A DNA stretch of 41,879 nucleotides, from the NCBI GenBank assembly GCA_044450345.1, contig JBIOIY010000022.1, forward strand, positions 1 through 41,879, in the 5' to 3' direction. The stretch comes from Thermodesulfovibrionales bacterium (GTDB lineage: Bacteria > Nitrospirota > Thermodesulfovibrionia > Thermodesulfovibrionales > UBA6898). Under the pieces are notes generated by a model. The model was not told the origin of the DNA. It did no database searches and was given only the letters and a program-made list of their open reading frames with translations. This document shows positions 34,709 to 41,879 of this stretch, piece by piece; position 1 is the first letter of the stretch; the number at the start of each line of letters is the position of its first letter. The position numbers and the translations under genes are program-made.

Positions 34709-35089
34709 CTACTTGCCCGAGAGAAGGTTCAGTCGTTGACCATCCTTTAAAAGTAATTCTGCTTTTGTCATACGCCAATTCCTCTTTTCTGTATTTAATT
34801 CTAAAAAGGCTTTACCATCACCATTCGATCCGTGAACAACCAAAGTAAACTTTGCTGTCCCTTCAGTGCCGGGATTATTATGCACGTCAAAACTATCAAA
34901 TGCGGCTAACGCTATTTTTTGAGGCTTACCCACAGTATCTGTTACCCTGCTGTTATTCATTAAAAATTGTATTGAAAATAGATATGGTTCTGATCGTAAA
35001 ACCATGAAGCGGCTGTAAACTTGAATCAATGCAAACGTAATAAGGACTACGAGAAGAACAATGCTTCCTTTGCGAGATAATATTTTCAT
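34709..35089 (-). CDS. Membrane-anchored hypothetical protein, Coa1-like domain
   Basis: N-terminal TM followed by SEPY.....L.NN..V...VG.P and G.A.....V.G..G.G; AT-richer than its neighbours. Confidence 0.55.
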   Translation of the reverse strand: MKILSRKGSIVLLVVLITFALIQVYSRFMVLRSEPYLFSIQFLMNNSRVTDTVGKPQKIALAAFDSFDVHNNPGTEGTAKFTLVVHGSNGDGKAFLELNTEKRNWRMTKAELLLKDGQRLNLLSGK

Positions 35090-35160
35090 ATTCCCTGGTG
35101 TGTCATGTGTGACCTCAATGAATTATGCAGCGGAGGGAAACTATTTTTCAATAGGCAGGG

Positions 35161-35257
35161 AAAATAAAATCGGGCAGGTCTGGGGATCGGGGATCGACCT
35201 GCCCGTGTGAAAAGAAGGCAAGTCTTTAATGGGGATCATTTGGAGGGTCTTGCCTTC
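35161..35257 (-). ncRNA. Candidate two-hairpin sRNA with C-rich loops
   Basis: Minus-strand TAGATA-17-TATCAT promoter with extended -10. The 9-bp and 10-bp perfect stems have loops holding three GAUCCCC copies, and a U-rich tail follows. Confidence 0.5.
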
Positions 35258-35348
35258 AACTTTATGATACCAAATTGATCAGCATCTATCTATTGCCCGG
35301 CTTCCTAAATTGCTGGTTACCGGGTGAGATGAGAATCCAACTTTGAAG

Positions 35349-35377
35349 TTGACAATCATCCGGAATAGGAGTAATTT
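35349..35377 (+). promoter_or_regulatory. Putative sigma70 promoter
   Basis: TTGACA-17 nt-TAATTT. Confidence 0.55.
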
Positions 35378-35383
35378 TAGATT

Positions 35384-35538
35384 AAGAGAAGCTCACCAAA
35401 GTGGTGGTCTTGCTCTTCTCAACTCGGCAGAAAGGTTTTAAGGTCGTAGGACGTAAGGTACAGATGTAAAAGTCTCACGCTGTATGTCTCAAGATGTTCA
35501 AACCGCTGAGAACTGAGAATGAGCAAACACCACTTTTT
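35384..35538 (+). ncRNA. Candidate ~155-nt rod-shaped RNA
   Basis: Nested helices from 35398-35406/35528-35536 inward; G-U pairs favour the + strand; promoter upstream and T-run at the 3' end. Confidence 0.5.
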
Positions 35539-35579
35539 ATTGTCTTGCTGATCCTTCCTTCATAATATTCTCATTCCCG

Positions 35580-35651
35580 TTATCTGACTTTGATTGACAA
35601 GAGGACGGTAAGACGGTCAATGATGCCTTGTACTATTTCTGTGTCCCGCAT
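35580..35651 (-). CDS. Candidate 23-aa peptide
   Basis: GGGAGG 8 nt before the ATG; MRDTEIVQGIIDRLTVLLSIKVR*. Confidence 0.3.
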   Translation of the reverse strand: MRDTEIVQGIIDRLTVLLSIKVR

Positions 35652-35906
35652 GGTGATAACCTCCCAAAAAATTTCTATTAATAAATACAATTGAGAATCA
35701 AGGGAAACTCTGGTAGAATGGACGCATGGGAAAGGGTATGTTATTGTTATGTTTATGCAAGGATTTTTGGAAATCAAAAAATCCTTGTAAATCTACGTGT
35801 TATATAGTTGCAAACAAGAACAAATCACGCTACGATATAGTCAGGAAACAGGCGGGCTGATGCCCGTCCAAACGGTTTGAACTATTAATCTTAAGGAGGG
35901 CTTATT

Positions 35907-36218
35907 ATGTCGTTAATCGATACCATCAGGAATGCGATGCTCGCCGGTTTCGGGATGCAGGAGAAGGTGAAGGAATTCGTAGATGACCTCGTGAAAAAGG
36001 GTGAACTGAGCGAATCTCAGGCCGCAAAGCTTGTGAAGGAGTGGTCCGACAAATTCGAAAAGAACACTACCGACATGAGCAAGAGCTTTAATGAAGTGCT
36101 GGCGAAGACACTCGAGAAGATGAACCTCTCCACGAAAGACGATATCCAGAAGCTGAATGAGAAAGTCGATACGCTGGCTGCGAAGGTGGCGAAGATCGAG
36201 GATAAAAAAGCGGAGTGA
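35907..36218 (+). CDS. Phasin-like / COG3937 protein
   Basis: LAG.G, VD.LVKKGELS..QA, MNL.TK.DI..L..KV..L; RBS TAAGGAGG. Confidence 0.8.
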   Translation: MSLIDTIRNAMLAGFGMQEKVKEFVDDLVKKGELSESQAAKLVKEWSDKFEKNTTDMSKSFNEVLAKTLEKMNLSTKDDIQKLNEKVDTLAAKVAKIEDKKAE

Positions 36219-36233
36219 CGGGAAGGCTGTTAG

Positions 36234-37937
36234 ATGCCCTTTAACCTTCTGGGCCTCAGAAGGACATTCAGGAACGCGAACAGAGTAGGGCAGATCGTCA
36301 ATGTCTTTCTCAAGTACGGCTTCGGCAACATAGTCGACCAGCTCCACCTGAACAGGTTCGTCCCGTTCAGAAAGCGTCTCAGGACCTTCGGTCAGTGGCC
36401 TACACTTAAAAGCCCGACGGTTGCTGAAAAACTCAGGATGGCCTTTGCCGAACTCGGCCCGAGTTTTATCAAACTCGCCCAGATACTTTCGACGAGGCCC
36501 GACCTCATCACCAAGCCCTTTGCGGACGAATTCAAGAAGTTACAGGACAGGGTCCCTCCTTTTCCCACGGAAGAGGCCAGGAAGACAATAGAAGCGGAGA
36601 CGGGCCGCCCTATAGACCAGGTATTTTCCAGACTCGACGCGGATCCGGTCGCCGCCGCCTCGATAGCCCAGGTATATCACGGGACATTGCGCGACGGCAG
36701 CGAGGTGGTCGTCAAGGTCCAGAGACCCGGGATCAGGGACCAGATCGAGACCGACATCAACATCCTGACAGCGGTGGCCCAGCTGATGGAGAGGTACATA
36801 ACCGAGAGCGCCTTCTATAACCCCACCGGCATTGTCGAAGAATTTGCGAGGACCGTCAGGAAAGAACTCGATTTTACAGAGGAGGCGAGGAACTGTGTCA
36901 GGTTCAAAAGGAACTTCGAACATGTCCATGATGTGGTCATCCCGAAGATTTACAATGAATTTACTACGGACACGCTTATCGTCATGGAGAGGATCGACGG
37001 GGTCAGGATAGACGACATCGCGGAGATCACCAAGCTCGGGCTCGACCGGGCGAGGCTCGCCAAGATAGGTGTGGACGCCTATTTCAAGCAGGTGCTCGAT
37101 GACGGTTTCTTTCATGCCGACCCCCATGCGGGAAATATCTTCGCGCTGAGGGACGGCAGGATAGGGTTTATGGATTTCGGGATAGTCGGGAGGGTCACGC
37201 CCGAACTCAGGGAGACGATGGCGAATACCTTTCTCGCCCTGATCCATAAGGACTTCGACAGGCTGATCGAGCAGTACATCGAACTGGGCCTCGTGCCCGA
37301 ACATGTCGACCTCGACGTATTCAGGAGGGAATTCAGGCTGGACCTCGCGGATTTTCTCGAACCGCTCTACGGCCGGACGTTAAAGGAGTTGAATTTTGCG
37401 GAATACATGGACACCGTGACCCATCTTGCGATCAAGCATAAGATGAAGATCCCTTCGGACCTCATCCTGGTCAACAAGGCGATGCTTATCCTCGAGAACC
37501 TCGGTTGGGAGCTTGATCCTGATTTCGATTTTATCGCTGCCGCTGAGCCCTATGCGACAAAGCTCGTGAAGGAGAGGATAAGTCCAGGCCGGATCTATGA
37601 GAAGACAAGGAAAAGCCTTATGGAAGTGAGCGACTTTGTGGCGCTCTTTCCGAAGCAGATGAGACAGATCATAAGGAAGATACTGAAGGACGACATCCAT
37701 ATCAAGATGACGCATATAGGGCTCGACAAATTCATAAGGGACATGGACCGTTCGAGCAACAGGATATCCTTCAGCCTTATCATAAGCGCCATCCTGCTCA
37801 GCTCGGCCATCATGCATGCCACGGGTGTCGGCCCGAAGTTCCATGGCATGTCGATCCTCGGTTTCCTCTCCTTCGGCTTCGCCTTCCTTATGGGCATCTG
37901 GCTCCTTATTTCGATAATAAGGTCTGGAAGGCTCTGA
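36234..37937 (+). CDS. ubiB: UbiB/AarF/ABC1 family atypical kinase
   Basis: LGP.FIKL.Q.LSTRPD, LQD.VPP, AAASIAQV, VKVQRP, ELDF..E, FFHADPH.GN, DFG; two C-terminal TM segments. Confidence 0.92.
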   Translation: MPFNLLGLRRTFRNANRVGQIVNVFLKYGFGNIVDQLHLNRFVPFRKRLRTFGQWPTLKSPTVAEKLRMAFAELGPSFIKLAQILSTRPDLITKPFADEFKKLQDRVPPFPTEEARKTIEAETGRPIDQVFSRLDADPVAAASIAQVYHGTLRDGSEVVVKVQRPGIRDQIETDINILTAVAQLMERYITESAFYNPTGIVEEFARTVRKELDFTEEARNCVRFKRNFEHVHDVVIPKIYNEFTTDTLIVMERIDGVRIDDIAEITKLGLDRARLAKIGVDAYFKQVLDDGFFHADPHAGNIFALRDGRIGFMDFGIVGRVTPELRETMANTFLALIHKDFDRLIEQYIELGLVPEHVDLDVFRREFRLDLADFLEPLYGRTLKELNFAEYMDTVTHLAIKHKMKIPSDLILVNKAMLILENLGWELDPDFDFIAAAEPYATKLVKERISPGRIYEKTRKSLMEVSDFVALFPKQMRQIIRKILKDDIHIKMTHIGLDKFIRDMDRSSNRISFSLIISAILLSSAIMHATGVGPKFHGMSILGFLSFGFAFLMGIWLLISIIRSGRL

Positions 37938-38009
37938 GCAGTTGAAATAATAATTACATCTGTTTATAATTCTGAAACGACAGCAAGGGGAACAAGGGAG
38001 ATTAGGGAC

Positions 38010-38582
38010 ATGTCTGACACCAGGTATTGCTTATGCTGCGGTGAACAGGTGCCCTTCGGCATCGTCGAGAGGAATGAGCGGAGGGAGGTGACCTGCAATT
38101 ACTGCGGGTTCACACTCGATGTCGACAAGCCTTCAGAGATACGGCCGGCAGACGAAAAGGGGTATGCGCTCGTAGCCGACGATTCGAGGTACACGAGAAA
38201 AATAATCGAGGACCTCGTCATCCAGAAGAACTTTTCCTCGGACGTCATGTCCTTTGAAAACGGGCTCGAACTGATTTCGGCATACTCCAAAATCCTTGCG
38301 GAAAGGAAAACGGTCGATGTCGCCATCATCGATCTCAACATGCCGGTGATGAACGGCCTTACCGCTGCCAGGACGCTCAGGACGATAGAGGCACAGCACA
38401 AGATGCCTTCTGTCCCGATAGTTTTTTTCTCCGCCGAGAAGGCGGACGAGGACCTTAAGGTCCAGATGCAGAGCCTCGAGCCCGCCTATTATGTAAACAA
38501 GGGCTCCGACCCCGACCCTGATAAGCTTGCCGACCGCGTAGAGTATCTCCTGGGGTATCTGAAGGACAAGTTCGGGCATTAA
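38010..38582 (+). CDS. Response regulator receiver with N-terminal Cys4 zinc-ribbon-like domain
   Basis: CLCCG...CNYCG followed by LVADDS, IIDLNMPVMNG, FFSA and NKG. Confidence 0.8.
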   Translation: MSDTRYCLCCGEQVPFGIVERNERREVTCNYCGFTLDVDKPSEIRPADEKGYALVADDSRYTRKIIEDLVIQKNFSSDVMSFENGLELISAYSKILAERKTVDVAIIDLNMPVMNGLTAARTLRTIEAQHKMPSVPIVFFSAEKADEDLKVQMQSLEPAYYVNKGSDPDPDKLADRVEYLLGYLKDKFGH

Positions 38583-38593
38583 GGATGGTATTA

Positions 38594-39088
38594 TTATTTT
38601 GAGACTCTTAATAAGAGATAGATCAATCCCGCCACTACCGATAAGAGCATTATACCGGAGACAGAGAAAACCCCCCTGATAAAGTTTTTCACATCCTGCA
38701 GCGAGGGCCTTCCGGCCCAGAGTATCTGCAAGAACAGCCAGATAAAAAAGGTATCTGAAGAGGTAAAGGACTTAAGCTTCATCGAGATCATGCCAAAATT
38801 GATTGAGGGAATTCCATTGAGTGTCCCGATGAAATGAAGATACCGCAATGTCAGGACCAGCACGACCCACCAGATGACGGGTGCTGCCGCAATGAACGAA
38901 GAGAGTACTTTATATCTGGTCCTTGACTTGACACTGCCGAAGACGAAATTGCCGCCTTCTATCCTGGGCCAGACCGAGAACCCCTCGGCCTTTCCCAGAA
39001 CAAGCGCCGCACAATAGTGTGAAAGTTCGTGCAGAAAGGTGCCGGGGAAAAAGAAGATGAATTTCAGTATAAGTCGCAGTCTTCTCAT
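38594..39088 (-). CDS. Membrane HExxH protein (M50-like/zincin putative metallopeptidase)
   Basis: PGT.LHELSH, G.V, I..AP; several TM segments. Confidence 0.65.
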   Translation of the reverse strand: MRRLRLILKFIFFFPGTFLHELSHYCAALVLGKAEGFSVWPRIEGGNFVFGSVKSRTRYKVLSSFIAAAPVIWWVVLVLTLRYLHFIGTLNGIPSINFGMISMKLKSFTSSDTFFIWLFLQILWAGRPSLQDVKNFIRGVFSVSGIMLLSVVAGLIYLLLRVSK

Positions 39089-39199
39089 TAGTGCATTCCT
39101 GTTGGGGACAAAGTATGCATCATTATATCAATCTTAACCCTCAAAAGTGAGGGGCATTATCCGGAATGATGCAGTCATTGCTGGGACATGTCCCTGCAA

Positions 39200-39219
39200 C
39201 GGAGCGAAGCGAGAATGAG
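39200..39219 (+). repeat. 20-bp dispersed motif, exact reverse complement of 21130-21149
   Basis: CGGAGCGAAGCGAGAATGAG versus CTCATTCTCGCTTCGCTCCG. Confidence 0.75.
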
Positions 39220-39292
39220 AGAGAGTGCGTTTCCGCGCATAAATCAGTTTTTTGATGGTGGATTCCGGGGGCTCACGGGGGCTCACGTCACA

Positions 39293-39320
39293 TTGACTTT
39301 ACGGTCGGTCGTGATAGACT
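39293..39320 (+). promoter_or_regulatory. Putative sigma70 promoter of xfp
   Basis: TTGACT-16 nt-TAGACT with an extended -10 TG. Confidence 0.45.
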
Positions 39321-39379
39321 GGTAAAAATGATATAGAGAACATCCGGGACTACTGTCCCTGTTTTCACGGGAGGATGCA

Positions 39380-41743
39380 ATGCCGGCTGCTATTTCCAAA
39401 GAAGAGATCAAAAAAATACATGCGTACTGGCGCGCGGCCAACTATCTTTCAGTCGGACAGATCTATCTTCTTGACAACCCTTTACTGAAGGAACCGCTGA
39501 GGCTGGAGCATATCAAGCCGCGGCTGTTGGGGCATTGGGGCACAACGCCCGGGCTCAATTTCATCTACGTCCACCTCAACCGCGTGATAAGGGCATACGA
39601 CCTCAACGTCATCTATATTACCGGTCCCGGACACGGCGGCCCTGGTATTGTCGCCAACACCTACCTGGAAGGGACTTACAGCGAGTTCTATCCCCACATA
39701 TCAATGGATGAAAGTGGCATGAAGAAACTCTTCAGGCAGTTCTCGTTTCCGGGGGGCATCCCGAGTCATGCCGCGCCGGAGACCCCGGGCTCGATCAACG
39801 AGGGGGGAGAACTCGGGTATTCCTTGTCTCACGCTGCCGGCGCTGCCTTCGACAATCCCGATCTTATCGTGGCCTGCGTCGTAGGCGACGGCGAGGCCGA
39901 GACCGGCCCGCTTGCGGCAGCCTGGCACACGAACAAATTTCTCAATCCCGTGCGTGACGGCGCGGTGCTTCCCATCCTGCACCTCAACGGCTATAAGATT
40001 GCCAACCCAACGGTGCTTGCACGGATCAGCCGCGACGAAATAGAGGACCTGTTCGCCGGTTATGGATGGAAGCCATATTTTGTGGAAGGTTCCGACCCCT
40101 GGCAGATGCATGAGTTAATGGCGAAGACACTCGATACAGTCGTGAGCGAGATAAAGAATATACAAGATGTGGCGCGCGGCAGTAATGTCGCACGTCGTCC
40201 CACGTGGCCGATGATCATCCTGAAGTCACCCAAGGGTTGGACAGGTCCGGCAGAGGTGGATGGGCTGAAGACAGAGGGTTTCTGGCGTTCTCATCAGGTC
40301 CCGATTACCGACATGAAGACAAAGCCCGGGCATGTGTCGCTTCTTGAGAAATGGATGAAGAGCTACCGGCCGGAAGAACTCTTCGACGAAAAGGGCAGAC
40401 TCGTTCCCGAACTCGCGGAACTGCCTCCCAAAGGCGACCGACGCATGGGCGCCAACCCCCACGCAAACGGCGGCCTGCTCCTTAAAGAACTGAATATGCC
40501 TGACTTCAGGGACTATGCGGTCGGCCTGCCTTCACCAGGCGGGGCAACTGCCGAGGCAACGAGGGTCCTCGGTGCTTTTCTGAGAGACGTAATGAAACTC
40601 AACTCCGACAACCGCAACTTCAGGGTGATGGGTCCTGACGAAACCTCTTCGAACAGGCTCGATGCCCTGTTCGAAGTAACGGAGCGGGCCTGGATGGGAG
40701 AGACCCTGCCCGAAGACGTGCATCTTTCCGCGGACGGCCGTGTGATGGAAATACTCAGCGAACATACCTGCCAGGGCTGGCTCGAGGGATACCTGCTTAC
40801 CGGACGTCATGGGTTATTCTCATGCTACGAGGCCTTTGTCCATATCGTCGACTCCATGTTCAACCAGCATGCGAAGTGGCTGAAGGTCTGCAGGGAAATC
40901 CCCTGGCGTCGTTCTATCGCGTCGCTCAATTATCTGCTGACTTCCCACGTCTGGCGGCAGGACCATAACGGCTTCAGCCACCAGGACCCGGGCTTTATCG
41001 ATCATGTGGTGAATAAGAAGGCGGACGTGGTGCGCGTCTATTTCCCACCCGACGCCAACACCCTTCTGTCCGTAGCCGACCATTGCCTTAGGAGCCGCAA
41101 CTACGTAAACGTGATAGTGGCGGGCAAGCAGCCCGAGCCCCAGTGGCTTGACATCGATTCCGCGGTCAAGCACTGCACCGCAGGCATAGGCATCTGGGAG
41201 TGGGCGAGTAATGATGAGGGCGTAGAACCAGACGTGGTGATGGCGTGTGCAGGGGACGTGCCGACAGTCGAGACACTCGCCGCAGTCGAGATGCTGAGGC
41301 AATATGCGCCCGATCTCAGGGTGAGGGTGATCAATATAGTCGACCTAATGACGCTTCAGCCGCATGAAGAACATCCCCACGGCCTGTCCGACAGGGCGTT
41401 CGACACCCTTTTCACTACGAATAAACCGATCATCTTTGCCTATCACGGATATCCCTGGCTGATCCATCGGTTGACCTACCGCAGGACAAACCACGATAAC
41501 CTGCATGTCCGCGGTTACAAGGAAGAAGGTACTACCACCACGCCTTTCGACATGGTAGTCCGCAACGACCTCGACCGTTTCCACCTCGTTGCCGATGTGA
41601 TCGACCGCGTGCCGAAGCTTAAAAATATCGCGGCGTATACAAAACAGGCGATCAGGGACAAGCTGATTGAACACAAGGAATATATCACAAAGTTTGGGGA
41701 GGACATGCCCGAGATAAGGGACTGGACATGGCAGGGGAAATGA
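39380..41743 (+). CDS. xfp: Xylulose-5-phosphate/fructose-6-phosphate phosphoketolase
   Basis: [71 protein letters not shown]. Confidence 0.97.
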   Translation: MPAAISKEEIKKIHAYWRAANYLSVGQIYLLDNPLLKEPLRLEHIKPRLLGHWGTTPGLNFIYVHLNRVIRAYDLNVIYITGPGHGGPGIVANTYLEGTYSEFYPHISMDESGMKKLFRQFSFPGGIPSHAAPETPGSINEGGELGYSLSHAAGAAFDNPDLIVACVVGDGEAETGPLAAAWHTNKFLNPVRDGAVLPILHLNGYKIANPTVLARISRDEIEDLFAGYGWKPYFVEGSDPWQMHELMAKTLDTVVSEIKNIQDVARGSNVARRPTWPMIILKSPKGWTGPAEVDGLKTEGFWRSHQVPITDMKTKPGHVSLLEKWMKSYRPEELFDEKGRLVPELAELPPKGDRRMGANPHANGGLLLKELNMPDFRDYAVGLPSPGGATAEATRVLGAFLRDVMKLNSDNRNFRVMGPDETSSNRLDALFEVTERAWMGETLPEDVHLSADGRVMEILSEHTCQGWLEGYLLTGRHGLFSCYEAFVHIVDSMFNQHAKWLKVCREIPWRRSIASLNYLLTSHVWRQDHNGFSHQDPGFIDHVVNKKADVVRVYFPPDANTLLSVADHCLRSRNYVNVIVAGKQPEPQWLDIDSAVKHCTAGIGIWEWASNDEGVEPDVVMACAGDVPTVETLAAVEMLRQYAPDLRVRVINIVDLMTLQPHEEHPHGLSDRAFDTLFTTNKPIIFAYHGYPWLIHRLTYRRTNHDNLHVRGYKEEGTTTTPFDMVVRNDLDRFHLVADVIDRVPKLKNIAAYTKQAIRDKLIEHKEYITKFGEDMPEIRDWTWQGK

Positions 41744-41879
41744 GTGGACAGCCCATGGCTGGTCCGCCAATGAGTGGACAGCCCATGGCTGGTCCGCCAA
41801 TGAGTGGACAGCCCATGGCTGGTCCGCCAATGAGTGGACAGCCCATGGCTGGTCCGCCAATGAGTGGACAGCCCATGGC
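41739..41879 (+). repeat. Perfect 30-bp tandem repeat, at least 4.7 copies, runs off the window end
   Basis: Unit AATGAGTGGACAGCCCATGGCTGGTCCGCC repeated with no spacers or mismatches. Confidence 0.95.

Noticed and set aside
35384..35538. Assignment of the rod RNA as 6S or SRP RNA
   Set aside because: No SRP GGAA-loop/CAGG-AGCA motif, no clear large central bubble and not in the usual zapA context. A covariance-model search is needed to exclude this formally.
35793..35845. NrdR-like boxes (…TATATAG…, …GATATAG…)
   Set aside because: Poor match to the 16-bp palindrome and no ribonucleotide reductase genes nearby.
41739..41879. CRISPR array
   Set aside because: The 30-bp units are contiguous with no unique spacers, and there are no cas genes in the window.

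Overview
Bacterial chromosomal window. Gene order (pgpA-cinA/pncC-thpR-recA-pilT-like-recX-alaS) suggests Nitrospirota or Desulfobacterota; this is inference only. Core-like genes include gltA, Smr, cfa, osmC-like, an RND pair, the recA/alaS operon, phasin-ubiB and xfp. An accessory-looking block (~2.95-15.9 kb) carries a signalling cassette: Tat-exported solute-binding protein, HAMP histidine kinase, CheY-like receiver and a (HisKA)2-REC-sigma54 activator. It is followed by a probable sigma54 promoter region, small ORFs, a lipocalin-like protein, a TRAP transporter, an isolated mdcA and a Tat-exported metallo-beta-lactamase-fold protein. The most notable observations are: (1) two related, diverged GEMM-I/c-AMP-GMP riboswitch-like leaders, both upstream of Tat-signal genes; (2) a GroES-like domain fused to a long Lys-rich histone-H1-like tail with no groEL downstream; (3) two back-to-back candidate sRNAs after alaS; (4) several nested REP/MITE-like elements, including an identical 20-mer at two distant sites; (5) a perfect 30-bp tandem array at the window end. 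No CRISPR array, rRNA, tRNA, transposase or integrase was recognised. All calls come from reading the sequence by eye; no searches were run.
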